From positions 12,173-76,172 of the forward strand of contig CAZWKA010000006.1 of assembly GCA_964634875.1 (NCBI GenBank): a DNA stretch of 64,000 bases, written 5' to 3'. This document shows, piece after piece, positions 46,095 to 56,093 of the stretch. Every line of letters starts with the position of its first letter. Position 1 is the stretch's first letter. Position numbers and translations under genes: made by a program. The notes below the pieces were generated by a model that saw only the letters and a program-made list of their open reading frames with translations, ran no database searches and was not told the origin of the DNA. The stretch comes from an uncultured Gammaproteobacteria bacterium. GTDB taxonomy: Bacteria; Patescibacteriota; Patescibacteriia; Magasanikbacterales; GWA2-37-8.

Positions 46095-49000
46095 ATGGGT
46101 CAAAAAAATATATTTCAAAACTCCGCTATATTGAGCCGGGTATTTTTACCCATCGGCTTATTTTTGTTTTTTTTGGGAGCGCTTTTTTACTCGCAAATAG
46201 CCGTACAAGCGGCTCCTGCAGCACCGCCGTCCATAGTCAGTTATCAGGGTAAAATCCTGGATGATACCAACAGTCCGATCTCGACGGCTTTAAATATCAA
46301 GTTTTTACTCTACGATGCCCAAACTGCCGGAAATGTGCTCTATACTGCAGCGGGTACCCTTGCTACCCCAACGGCTCTGAGTATTACCCCCTCAAGCGGT
46401 ATTTTTGTGGTTAATTTAGGGGATGCCGACACTAATCCGATCGAGCCTTCTATTTTTAAGAATAATACTAACGTCTACCTTGAAGTTGTGGTGGGTGCCG
46501 AAACCTTGTCGCCACGTCGGCAAATTACCGCCGCTCCTTATGCCCTCAATGCGCTTGCCCTGAATGGATATAGTTTAGAAACTGTCTCGAGCTCCGCCTA
46601 TATTCCGCTCAGCGATGCTCAAGGAAGGTTCCAGTTTAATGGTGTTACTAGCACCAACCTTGTAGCAACGGGCACAAGTACGCTCGCCACCACTACTATT
46701 GTTAGCACTACGATTGCTCAGGCAAATATCACTAACCTGGCGATCAACGGCACTGTAACAGGCCTTTCGCTTGGGTCACTGAGCGGCACAGGCGTCTTAG
46801 CGTTTATTGCTAATTCACAAACGTTTAGCGGTGCCAATACTTTTAGCGCCACTACTACTTTTACCACTTCGACCATAGCTTCAAGCACGCTGACCCAGGC
46901 CAACATCATGGCGCTCACGGTTAACGGCACACTTTCGCTCCCGGCCAACAGTGTCACCGACTTTATGATTCCGGACACGATCACAGCCGCTAATTATTTA
47001 CTCCTAACCGGCGGCACTCTGGCTGGCAACTTGGCTTTGGGAAATAACAATATTAGCGGGATCAACGATCTCAGTCTTGGTGGTACCCTAACCAACAGCG
47101 GGGTTAGTATTTTTACCAGTGGTTTTATTGCTCCAGCTTCGAGCACTGTTGGTGGCCAGCTCCATGCAAATGGCCCTGTGTACGCTTCGTCAACGCTTGA
47201 CGTCGACGGCCGCGCCCTCTTTTCAAGCGGCTTTATCGCCAACAGCGCTTCAACCATTAATGCTGGACTGGCGATTGGTGACACTTTAAGTGTTGGGGCT
47301 ACCTCAACGTTCACCACCACCACCATGGCAAGTTCTTCGATTGCCAATGCCAATATTGGAAATCTGGTGGTCAACGGTACGTGTAGTGGCTGTTTATCGG
47401 GGGCGGCACTGCTCGCAGCCAACCAAACATTCACAGGTACAAATATTTTTTCAGTCACAACAACCTTTAGTGCCACATCTTCTTTTTCACAGGCGCTAGG
47501 CATAGCAACGACAACGCCGTCAGCACAGTTGACCTTAAATGGTGGAAACATTTTAGCAATTGGAACCTATGTGGGTTCAGGGGCGGTTCCGTATAGTGGA
47601 GTTGGTACGCGGCTCATGTGGATACCAAGCCGAGCGGCATTCCGGGCTGGCTATGTGAACGGTTCGCAGTGGGATGCCGCTAATGTGGGCGTCTATTCAG
47701 CTGCTTTTGGTGAAAATAATACAGTGTCGGGTGATCGTGCATTCGCAGCTGGAACCGGTAATACGGTCAGCCAGACAGGCTCGGTTGCTTTTGGTGGAAG
47801 TAATACCGTTTCAGTTACGTATTCAGCAGCTTTTGGTGCTAGTAATATTATTAATGCGGGCGGAGGTGGCTTTGCTGTCGGTCTAAGCAATACGGTCAGT
47901 GGAGCAAGTTCGGCAGCAGCTATTGGTACTGGTAATACATCGGCGGGTGGAACTGGCTCGACTGCTATTGGTGCAAATAATAGCGCAGGTGGAACTTCCG
48001 CCATTGCTTTGGGTTCAAGAATTTCAGTAAGTGGAAACAATTCGGTTGGTATTGGTCTTGATACAAACTCTCGCACACTCTCACAAAACAATACGCTGGC
48101 TATTATGGGCGGAAACGTTGGTATTGGCACGTTGGCACCTGGGTATACGCTTGCGGTAACCGGTACGCTCGCAGTAAGTGCAACGTCTACGTTTGCGACC
48201 ACCACCATGGCGAGTTCAACGATTGTTAGCCTTAATGCAACCAATGGATATATTGGTACTTTGACAGTTGGTTCGTGTACTGGTTGCGGAGCAGCTGCGG
48301 CCGGCGCTTCTTTGACCGACAATCAGAATTTTACTGGTTTCAATACTTTTTCAGCAACCACTACTTTTACCAATAGATCGGGTATAGTTATTAATACCAG
48401 CACTGCGTATGCTCTGGGCAGGCTTCATATTGATCCTTCAGGAAATATTTTTACTTCCGGCACTATTCAGCTTGCAGGGAACCTCATGCCGCTACGCGGT
48501 GTCGCTACTTCAACGGCAATTGCCGCCTCAGCAACGAGTACCAGCAGCACCCTGGCTTCAGTAGGGGACACAGGCCAGAACCCGGCCGCAATGGTTGGTG
48601 GCGACGGTTTTCCAATCATAGCCTATTATTCTTCTTCAACACACGGCTTAATGATACTTCACTGCACCAGTGTTAATTGTAGTTCGTCGGATGCACCCAT
48701 CCAGATTGATGGGCTCGATGAAGATGTTGGGGTGCAGCCTTCGATTGCTTTGGGTCAAGACGGTTTTCCGGTAATGACCTATTACAGTGTAACGAGTACG
48801 AACCTTCGTTTTGCTAAATGTTATAATTTTAGTTGTTCTCAGGTTACTACGACGACGATTGATGCAACCGCTAACACCGGCTACTATTCATCGGTCGTTA
48901 TTGGTGTTGATGGTAATCCGATTGTTGCGTATCAACGAACGGGTCAGCTCTATGTGCTACAATGCTTTACCGCAGACTGTTCAAGTGTAAGTACTCCAGC

Positions 49001-51731
49001 TTTTGTTAATAATGGGGGGTATTACGTAAAAATGGTTCAGGCCCCCGATGGTTTGCCTGTTATGGTTCACTACGATCCCAGCTTTGGAAATTTTTATGGC
49101 GGGAAATGTCGGGGTACCGGTTGCGCTACTTCATCTGAGTATCCTAGTTTTGGAACAATTGCTTTCATGAATAATGCGCAGGCGTATAATGGTTTTGCGG
49201 GTTTAGCTATGGGTACAAATGGTGTGGCGGTCGCTAGTTATTATGATCGTTTTAATCATACAGTATATGTCGCTCGATGTAGCGCGTCCAATAACTGTAG
49301 TTCATGGTCAAATACAACCATTGATTCTGATGTAGGGTTTCACGCCCTGCCACCCGATGGCGGAGCTTGGACTTCGATGACTATCGGAGCAGATGGAAAT
49401 CCTGTGGTCTTCTATCATCGGTTTGTTGGTACCGACGCTAGCCCCTTTATATACCGCTGCGTAGATAACAACTGTGTACAAACGAGCGCTAAACCAATCT
49501 CCGCTGGCTCATATGATGGTTTTAATTATGTCCGTGGCACATCTTTGATAAAAGCCCAGAACGGTGAGCTCATTGCTTTTATGTACAAACAAGATACGGG
49601 CGATTTGGTCTTGTGGCGGGGGTGTGCCCAGAATAGCGATGTGTTTGGGACGGGTGGGTGTACGCAAGTCGTCGCGTATTCAGGTTCTTCACTGGGTTCG
49701 CGCGGCCAATATTTTTATCAAATTTATTCCCGAGAGATCTACGCACAACAGGCGTATCTCTCTGGGTTTGACCTTGCAGAATCATATTTAACCGATGATG
49801 CGACTTTGGTGCCGGGTGAAGTTGTGGCGCTCGATCAAAATAATCCTAACAAAGTAATTAAAGCCGATAGTGTTAACTATCCATTAGCTATCGGTATAGT
49901 TTCAACTAAACCCGGTCTTTTGTTGACTGAATGGTCGGATGATGACCCGATATTTACCAGTACTACGCGAAAAGTTTCTTTGGCGCTCGCAGGTCGTGTG
50001 CCGCTCAAGGTGTCAGGCAGTAATGGTCCGATCGTGATTGGTGATAAACTTTCCGCCTCGACAATTCCTGGTGTTGCCGTCAAGGCATTGCCCGGAAGCA
50101 TAACGATTGGTGTGGCTATGGAAAACTTTGCCGGAGGCATGGGTACGATCACAACATTTGTTAATGTTGATTCGTCTGGTGCGAATGGCTCGCAGGTAAA
50201 AGGAGCATTAACCATCGATACAACCCAGAAAAATATTATTGTTGGCTCAACTACTACCCCGTACAGTTTTTCTTTGAACGGTAATCTGTCTTTGCTCTCA
50301 ACTTCGATGAACACGCTTTCTTTTGCAACGACGACGCTGCTCACGACTAGTATTCCTGACTTTGAAAACGCAAAAGCCTTTATTTTAAATGCCCAGAATT
50401 TTTCACCAACCAGCACTCCTGACCGTATTCTTTTTTCACTTCGTTCACATGATACACCGGTATTTTCAGTTAGTGCTAATGGTGATGTTAACGCAGCCGG
50501 TAATTATTATGGCCAAAGTGCTACGTTTGGTTCGTCGACTAACCCTGGTGACTTAGCTGAACGAGTGGATATTGCTGCAGACGATGTTGTAGAAGCGGGA
50601 GATGTCATGATTGTTGACCCGTATAGTCCAGACACCTATCGAAGAAGCGCTGAAGCGTATGATGGGCGGGTCGCCGGGGTTATCTCGAGTAATCCGACAA
50701 TCGTAGTCGGCAGGGGAAAAACTGACCATACAGCCAACCTGGCAATGGTGGGCCGTGTTCCGATTAAGGTGGTAAACGAAAATGGTTCAGTTAACCGAGG
50801 CGACCTGCTCGTCGCTTCATCAAAGCCGGGATATGCCATGAAATATGATCCTACGCTTGATAACAGTCAGAAGATGGTCGGGGTTATTGGTGTCGCGCTC
50901 GATCCACTTATGGCAGAACAGGGAAAAGTCATGGCGCTTATCAGGACTGGTTGGGCGTATAGCCAAACTAAAAATATTAGTTCGTTGCAAACCACAATAG
51001 AACAACTTGTTTCTGTTCAAGGAATTAATCTGGATGAAAATACCGAGGATCTTAAAGTTTCACAAAAAGACGGCTCGCTGGTGTATGAAGGAGGAAATCT
51101 AGATCTACGTGGTAATAAAATTTTAAACGTGGCTTCGATTGGAGGAAAAGAAAATGCGTGGTCAATTGATGAAGGAGGGCGCTTTATCACCCAATTAATC
51201 ACATCGGTCGGAACGCAAAGTATGTATGCACTACAGTCGCCTGCTTCGGAATTTGTTTTCTCAAGCTCGTCGCAGCTAGTTGCTGGCGAAGCGCGAATAA
51301 TTTTTGATCAAGCGGTACAAGAAATAATTGATCCGACGACGCCGCTTAAAGTGAGTGTTACCCTGACATCCTCGGGTGTCGGTGGTGTCTATGTCAGTGA
51401 AAAAACAGCCCAAGGGTTTGTGGTTATGCAGCTCGGTGGAACGGGCGGTGCAGCGACGTTTGACTGGGTTGTGGTAGCGAAACGACGCGAAGAGAATGCG
51501 ATAGCTCCACCTACAGATTCAGAGGCTCAGAAGGTCGACGCTCTTCTTGAGAAAGATGAAGAAACAGGTGCGCCGCCGGAACAAGCTGCTACCAGCTCAG
51601 CGAGTGTTGAAGAAGCGCTGGGTATGAGTGAAGCGGGGCTTACTACCACCTCTTCGACGGAGCTCGGCACTGAATCTAGCACAGCGACCTCTTCAATTCC
51701 CGCAAATGAAATTCAGACGCAAGCGCAATAA
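46095..51731 (+). CDS. Giant secreted adhesin-like protein 2 (1878 aa), mosaic paralog of the preceding gene
   Basis: N-terminal, Hep/Hag and C-terminal blocks about 85% identical to gene 1; different central paired-Cys repeat region. Confidence 0.85.
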   Translation: MGQKNIFQNSAILSRVFLPIGLFLFFLGALFYSQIAVQAAPAAPPSIVSYQGKILDDTNSPISTALNIKFLLYDAQTAGNVLYTAAGTLATPTALSITPSSGIFVVNLGDADTNPIEPSIFKNNTNVYLEVVVGAETLSPRRQITAAPYALNALALNGYSLETVSSSAYIPLSDAQGRFQFNGVTSTNLVATGTSTLATTTIVSTTIAQANITNLAINGTVTGLSLGSLSGTGVLAFIANSQTFSGANTFSATTTFTTSTIASSTLTQANIMALTVNGTLSLPANSVTDFMIPDTITAANYLLLTGGTLAGNLALGNNNISGINDLSLGGTLTNSGVSIFTSGFIAPASSTVGGQLHANGPVYASSTLDVDGRALFSSGFIANSASTINAGLAIGDTLSVGATSTFTTTTMASSSIANANIGNLVVNGTCSGCLSGAALLAANQTFTGTNIFSVTTTFSATSSFSQALGIATTTPSAQLTLNGGNILAIGTYVGSGAVPYSGVGTRLMWIPSRAAFRAGYVNGSQWDAANVGVYSAAFGENNTVSGDRAFAAGTGNTVSQTGSVAFGGSNTVSVTYSAAFGASNIINAGGGGFAVGLSNTVSGASSAAAIGTGNTSAGGTGSTAIGANNSAGGTSAIALGSRISVSGNNSVGIGLDTNSRTLSQNNTLAIMGGNVGIGTLAPGYTLAVTGTLAVSATSTFATTTMASSTIVSLNATNGYIGTLTVGSCTGCGAAAAGASLTDNQNFTGFNTFSATTTFTNRSGIVINTSTAYALGRLHIDPSGNIFTSGTIQLAGNLMPLRGVATSTAIAASATSTSSTLASVGDTGQNPAAMVGGDGFPIIAYYSSSTHGLMILHCTSVNCSSSDAPIQIDGLDEDVGVQPSIALGQDGFPVMTYYSVTSTNLRFAKCYNFSCSQVTTTTIDATANTGYYSSVVIGVDGNPIVAYQRTGQLYVLQCFTADCSSVSTPAFVNNGGYYVKMVQAPDGLPVMVHYDPSFGNFYGGKCRGTGCATSSEYPSFGTIAFMNNAQAYNGFAGLAMGTNGVAVASYYDRFNHTVYVARCSASNNCSSWSNTTIDSDVGFHALPPDGGAWTSMTIGADGNPVVFYHRFVGTDASPFIYRCVDNNCVQTSAKPISAGSYDGFNYVRGTSLIKAQNGELIAFMYKQDTGDLVLWRGCAQNSDVFGTGGCTQVVAYSGSSLGSRGQYFYQIYSREIYAQQAYLSGFDLAESYLTDDATLVPGEVVALDQNNPNKVIKADSVNYPLAIGIVSTKPGLLLTEWSDDDPIFTSTTRKVSLALAGRVPLKVSGSNGPIVIGDKLSASTIPGVAVKALPGSITIGVAMENFAGGMGTITTFVNVDSSGANGSQVKGALTIDTTQKNIIVGSTTTPYSFSLNGNLSLLSTSMNTLSFATTTLLTTSIPDFENAKAFILNAQNFSPTSTPDRILFSLRSHDTPVFSVSANGDVNAAGNYYGQSATFGSSTNPGDLAERVDIAADDVVEAGDVMIVDPYSPDTYRRSAEAYDGRVAGVISSNPTIVVGRGKTDHTANLAMVGRVPIKVVNENGSVNRGDLLVASSKPGYAMKYDPTLDNSQKMVGVIGVALDPLMAEQGKVMALIRTGWAYSQTKNISSLQTTIEQLVSVQGINLDENTEDLKVSQKDGSLVYEGGNLDLRGNKILNVASIGGKENAWSIDEGGRFITQLITSVGTQSMYALQSPASEFVFSSSSQLVAGEARIIFDQAVQEIIDPTTPLKVSVTLTSSGVGGVYVSEKTAQGFVVMQLGGTGGAATFDWVVVAKRREENAIAPPTDSEAQKVDALLEKDEETGAPPEQAATSSASVEEALGMSEAGLTTTSSTELGTESSTATSSIPANEIQTQAQ

Positions 51732-51734
51732 AAA

Positions 51735-51768
51735 ACAGTTCCTGAGAGGAACTGTTTTTTCTAATCAA
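51735..51768 (+). terminator. Intrinsic terminator after the surface-protein operon
   Basis: aaaaaacagttcc-tgaga-ggaactgtttttt. Confidence 0.65.
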
Positions 51769-51823
51769 CATTGCTTGCAAAACCAGTGTTCATTAGAACG
51801 GTGCAGGGATGCACCGGAGAAGA

Positions 51824-52744
51824 TTAGGGACATGATTTAGTCCCAATCGTGAAGTCGACAGGAGGAAGCGTCTGTGCCACACCTGTTTCATCAAGGTATT
51901 CAACCTGCCAGAAGTAGCGAATACACCGTCCGGGATAGGCGTTCGACTTCGACGGCGGAAGAGCCTTGCGTGGAATCGTGAAGTAAGTGTGGATCACACC
52001 CGTTTTGGCGTATGTATCACACTTGTCTTCGATGTAGTTGCGGATTGGCTTTCCGTTCTCGTCAGCGTAGCTAACGGTGCCATTCTCGAACGTAGTCTCG
52101 GCCCAGAGCAGCGTGTGGAGGAGCTCTCGAGCCTGCCAGCCAAGCGATACACGTAGGGTGAAGCCTGTCGGCAGTTCGTAGCCGCAATCTACAGCTGGAT
52201 CCTGGGGTACCTCGACCACATTGTGTTCAAGTTCTGGTAGCCACCCGCCTTTGATTGGAACGGTGCGAGGCCACTCCACATCAACGAGGTCGAGGCGTTT
52301 ACCGCTTTTGAAGTCGAGTGTCCAGACGCCGCGTCGAGGACTGGCGTTCGTTGCGCTGCCAATCCCCACGCTCACGGCGAGCGGGTCGAAGATGTCGAGG
52401 CCGTGGTAGCCGTAGGCCAGATTGTTCAGAGCCCCTTCTGCATTGCAGTCAGAGCTCCAGCCGCAAAAGAACACGACGCCATTCTTGCCGGCTTGTTCCC
52501 CTTCCGGTGTATAGCCGGGCTGCCCCATCTTCTCTTTGTGCAAGGTGAGAGGGTCGGCAGTATCGATGCCGTTTACAGCCAGATACAAGGCATGGCTCCG
52601 TGTGCTGTTGCTAAGCTTTAGATCCAAAGGAAGTGGCTGTTGCCCCGCGGCATTCACTCGCAGCTCGTTAAGCAGCTCATGCATGGCTGATTCGTCTAGG
52701 GTGCAACCTGTCAGCGTAAGAAGAATCACGATAGATGCTTTCAT
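51824..52744 (-). CDS. Predicted lipoprotein (306 aa) in high-GC island 6
   Basis: MKASIVILLTLTGCT lipobox; GACGGAG Shine-Dalgarno; about 60% GC. Confidence 0.55.
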   Translation of the reverse strand: MKASIVILLTLTGCTLDESAMHELLNELRVNAAGQQPLPLDLKLSNSTRSHALYLAVNGIDTADPLTLHKEKMGQPGYTPEGEQAGKNGVVFFCGWSSDCNAEGALNNLAYGYHGLDIFDPLAVSVGIGSATNASPRRGVWTLDFKSGKRLDLVDVEWPRTVPIKGGWLPELEHNVVEVPQDPAVDCGYELPTGFTLRVSLGWQARELLHTLLWAETTFENGTVSYADENGKPIRNYIEDKCDTYAKTGVIHTYFTIPRKALPPSKSNAYPGRCIRYFWQVEYLDETGVAQTLPPVDFTIGTKSCP

Positions 52745-52993
52745 GACAATACTCCGTCAGAAAGTTGTTTTTATCCTTAAATCTATTAATTAAGGGCAAA
52801 AAAACTTTCTTACGAAGATGACTTGTAAAAAGAACGAACCGCTTATACTACACTATAATCGTCAAAAAGTCAAGGTTAAAGGCTTTCTCCATCGCTACCA
52901 ACCCATACGCTGAGTTGTTTGGGATGAGGCCGTTCGAACAAGGGGCTCCTTGTGCTGCCCGAAAGTATCGGGCAGCGAACGGCGGTTTCAGCA

Positions 52994-53437
52994 CTACTTG
53001 CGGAGTTGTGCTGTGGTGTGAAGGTCTGCGCTGAGAGAGTTGCCGCAGTTGGCCTGCAAAAACACGACAGAGCCGGGGATGACGCGATAAGCGCCGGCGG
53101 CCAAACTGAGCTCGAGCGTGGCACCGGGATCCGGGTTCGACCACGATGCGTGAGCGTGGTGGATGGCTTTCCCGGGCTTACTGCCGCGGTCCTCGTAGGC
53201 TTGGATCGATATCTGCTTACCGGAACACGATAGGTATCCAGCAATAGCATCTCCGGTAAGAACGGCATAGTGAAGGCCTTTGCCGGTCAAGGTAGGCCGG
53301 AGCTTCACTGTCTGATCGAGCACCACCAGAACTGCCACCGTATGAGCATCAATCTGGCGAGAGGCTGTGATCAAACACTGGTGGGCGCAGCCTGTGAATA
53401 GTCCGCTGAGAACAAGAGAGATCAACGGTTTGCGCAT
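52994..53437 (-). CDS. Predicted lipoprotein (147 aa) in high-GC island 6
   Basis: MRKPLISLVLSGLFTGCA lipobox; GGGAGG Shine-Dalgarno. Confidence 0.5.
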   Translation of the reverse strand: MRKPLISLVLSGLFTGCAHQCLITASRQIDAHTVAVLVVLDQTVKLRPTLTGKGLHYAVLTGDAIAGYLSCSGKQISIQAYEDRGSKPGKAIHHAHASWSNPDPGATLELSLAAGAYRVIPGSVVFLQANCGNSLSADLHTTAQLRK

Positions 53438-53684
53438 GTAATCCTCCCTGTGGCTATCGCCGAATGGCTGTTAAAATAGTGACAGGTTTAGATCCGAGTG
53501 TCAAACAAAATAAACTCGTAGTGAGGTTGGCTTTTTAGTGATCTAAAGTAAAATAAAGTCCAACATCCACGGCTGTAATAGTCAGTTTTGATTAGGCTTG
53601 TTGAAAGGGGTTGACTTTTTGACCAAAAGTGTTCTATCCTATATCGGACAGAAAACAGGTCTAAGTCCTTTCCAAGGAGGGGTG

Positions 53685-53990
53685 ATGCGATTTTTTTGTA
53701 GCGCGCTGATTCTGATGTCTTTAGCGCTGCCTGCGGATGCGAGGCAGCGAAGGAGGCAGACGAAACAAACGCAAACGAATTTGATCACTTGTCCGGACGG
53801 CTATCAGTTGGCCACGCATCGAGATCAGCAGATCGACATGATGCTGGGTTGCCGTCCGAATGATGGAAGTGAGTTGCAGGAGGGCAACAGCGTTACCATC
53901 AACTGTCCCGCAGGTCAGGAGGGGCATCTGCAAGAGACAATTCCCCGGCAACAGGGCTACCTCTACTGTCTGCCCGCATCCTCGCACTAA
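53685..53990 (+). CDS. Small secreted Cys-containing protein in high-GC island 6
   Basis: MRFFCSALILMSLALPADA signal peptide; GGAGG Shine-Dalgarno; promoter TTGACT-17-TATCCT. Confidence 0.45.
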   Translation: MRFFCSALILMSLALPADARQRRRQTKQTQTNLITCPDGYQLATHRDQQIDMMLGCRPNDGSELQEGNSVTINCPAGQEGHLQETIPRQQGYLYCLPASSH

Positions 53991-54002
53991 TCTGTGCGCC
54001 TT

Positions 54003-54033
54003 CGTTGAGGTCGGCGACTGTCCGACCTCAACG
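54003..54033 (+). other. 12-bp perfect GC hairpin (HP1)
   Basis: cgttgaggtcgg-cgactgt-ccgacctcaacg. Confidence 0.8.
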
Positions 54034-54052
54034 CTCTTAAAAATATTAAACT

Positions 54053-54082
54053 AAAACCGCTCTGTACTAACAGAGCGGTTTT
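54053..54082. terminator. A/T-flanked terminator (HP2)
   Basis: aaaaccgctctgt-acta-acagagcggtttt. Confidence 0.6.
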
Positions 54083-54091
54083 AGTTGTGTG

Positions 54092-54165
54092 TGGACCGTA
54101 CCGGGATCGAACCGGTGACCTCTTCCATGCCATGGAAGCGCGCTACCAGCTGCGCTAACGGCCCG
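54092..54165 (-). tRNA. tRNA-Ala (anticodon GGC)
   Basis: Minus strand reads GGGCCGTTAGCGCAGCTGGTAGCGCGCTTCCATGGCATGGAAGAGGTCACCGGTTCGATCCCGGTACGGTCCA; G3:U70 pair; anticodon loop ATGGCAT. Confidence 0.8.
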
Positions 54166-54457
54166 ATATTTTTAACGTTATTAGTATAGCATTTTTTAAA
54201 TCAAAGTCAATAATTGAGGGGTACGCCGCTAGTGGCTACAACAAACTGGGTGGTGTGGCCCAGATACCTTCCTGCAACCGTGCCGTTAGCTGTCCTTGGG
54301 TTGTTCGAAGTAAACAGATGAGGTAAAGACGAAACTTTTTCTTTTTTATATAGAATTCCTCTATGTCTAGAGTACTAGCACGGCGGCAAAACACCCAAGC
54401 TCTTGCCGTATTAGGGTGCTTTAGGTATAGTGTGGGAGTTTACTCCATATTATTGTT

Positions 54458-55528
54458 ATGTCATTTTCAATCGGTATCGTCGGTCTCCCTAACGTCGGCA
54501 AGTCAACACTTTTTAATGCCCTCACCCGCACCAAACAGGCTAATGTCCAAAATTATCCATTCTGTACTATCGACCCCAATGTTGGTGTAGTGGAAGTTCC
54601 GGATGTTCGTTTGCAAAAATTAAGCGATATTTCTGGTTCTAAAAAAATAATTCCTACCACGATCGAGTTTGTGGATATTGCTGGTCTGGTTAAAGGCGCC
54701 AGTGAAGGTGAGGGGCTTGGCAATAAATTTTTATCCCATATCCGCGAAGTTGATGCGATTGCCCATGTCGTGCGTAATTTTGAAGACAACAATATTACCC
54801 ATGTCCATAATCGCGTGAATCCGCTTGAAGATGCTGAGATCATTAATACAGAATTAGTGCTGGCTGATTTGCAAGTAGTGGGGAAGCGTCTTGAAACTAC
54901 TAAGAAGTCTGCCAAAGGTACCGCATTAAAAGAGTTGCAGCCGGAAATTGACCTTCTCCAAAAAATATACGACCAGCTCCAACAAAATAAAGCCGCCCGG
55001 GGGCTAGAATATACTGAGGACGAAACCGTGCTTCTAAAAACACTTCAGCTTATCACGATGAAGCCGATGATGTATGTAGTCAACGTCGCTGAAAGCGGTG
55101 GTGCCGCTGCAACGGTTGAAGCTGGTGTTGCTCAAATTGAAATTTGTGCTCGTCTCGAAGCAGAACTTGCCGACCTCTCACCCGAAGAAGGTAAAGAATA
55201 CTTAAAAAGTTTAGGGGTTGAAAAAACTGGTCTTGATAAACTGATTACCGCAGGGTACCAACTGCTTAATTTGATTACCTACTTTACTTCCGGAGAACCG
55301 GAAACGCGTGCTTGGACGGTGAATGTGGGTACAAAAGCGCCCCATGCTGCCGGAGTCATCCATACCGATTTTATCAAAGGCTTTATTAAAGCGGACGTTG
55401 TCGGTTGGGAAGACTTTGTTGCGCTCGGTGGTTGGGGTAAGTTAAAAGAAAGTGGTAAGCTCCGGTTGGAAGGAAAAGAATATATTGTGAAAGACGGGGA
55501 TGTTTGTTACTTCCACGTGAATACCTAA
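54458..55528 (+). CDS. ychF: Ribosome-binding ATPase YchF (Obg-family GTPase)
   Basis: MSFSIGIVGLPNVGKSTLFNALT.. G1 motif; C-terminal TGS domain; 356 aa. Confidence 0.92.
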   Translation: MSFSIGIVGLPNVGKSTLFNALTRTKQANVQNYPFCTIDPNVGVVEVPDVRLQKLSDISGSKKIIPTTIEFVDIAGLVKGASEGEGLGNKFLSHIREVDAIAHVVRNFEDNNITHVHNRVNPLEDAEIINTELVLADLQVVGKRLETTKKSAKGTALKELQPEIDLLQKIYDQLQQNKAARGLEYTEDETVLLKTLQLITMKPMMYVVNVAESGGAAATVEAGVAQIEICARLEAELADLSPEEGKEYLKSLGVEKTGLDKLITAGYQLLNLITYFTSGEPETRAWTVNVGTKAPHAAGVIHTDFIKGFIKADVVGWEDFVALGGWGKLKESGKLRLEGKEYIVKDGDVCYFHVNT

Positions 55529-55583
55529 CGGCATCCTAGATTAAAAATCAATGTTTAAACATTGATTTTTTATTACCTCGAAA

Positions 55584-55612
55584 GCTTGACAAAAGAGTGT
55601 TTTTGTGCTATA
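55584..55612 (+). promoter_or_regulatory. Perfect consensus sigma70 promoter TTGACA-17-TATAAT
   Basis: gcTTGACAaaagagtgtttttgtgcTATAATgc. Confidence 0.65.
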
Positions 55613-55676
55613 ATGCTTTGTTTAGTCTATATCAAAATGGCTAATTTTAGCCACAAGGTTAACCTAAATCACGTTC

Positions 55677-55725
55677 AAAAGCTGGTTTTTGTGTGTATGT
55701 AGCGTACCTATAAAAACCAGCTTTT
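55677..55725 (+). other. 13-14-bp inverted repeat with a 21-nt loop in the leader of the 55758 ORF
   Basis: aaaagctggttttt...aaaaaccagctttt. Confidence 0.75.
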
Positions 55726-55757
55726 ACCCGGCGCAAGCCATTACCCAGGAGTCGTGT

Positions 55758-56084
55758 ATGCTCGTTTGTTCGTTGCGTAATCCTCCGCCCCAGTCCCTGA
55801 GCCCCTTCGGTGGTGGGCTCGTGACCCTCATCGGAGCAAAGCTCGAGTTCGAGTACCAGAGCAAGGGGTCGCGGCTGAAGGTCAGCTTGGCGAAGTACGG
55901 CCTCGCCCCCTACCGGCGCAAGGGGCCGCCGAGATCGAAGCTGATCGTCACGGTCAGCGAGATCATCGCCGACCAGTACGGCACCCGCGTCACAGGCACG
56001 TTTCAGCGTTGCCCTGGCGCCCTCCCAACGGTGGTGAGCGCTCGCCTGCCGACCGGCAGCAGCGTGCTCTGGAACATCGAGTAG
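55758..56084 (+). CDS. Small hypothetical protein in high-GC island 7
   Basis: AGGAG Shine-Dalgarno 7 nt before the ATG; followed by a C10-A8 tract and a hairpin plus T-run; overlaps an antisense ORF, so the strand call is tentative. Confidence 0.35.
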   Translation: MLVCSLRNPPPQSLSPFGGGLVTLIGAKLEFEYQSKGSRLKVSLAKYGLAPYRRKGPPRSKLIVTVSEIIADQYGTRVTGTFQRCPGALPTVVSARLPTGSSVLWNIE

Positions 56085-56093
56085 CGCTGCTCG

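Noticed and set aside
47693-48322. 209-aa minus-strand ORF inside the second giant gene; similar ones at 46994..47551 and 49877..50416
   Set aside because: Antisense to the repeat-rich adhesin gene; the Ala/Pro/Val-rich translation is typical of reverse-strand reading of Gly/Thr/Ser repeat DNA.
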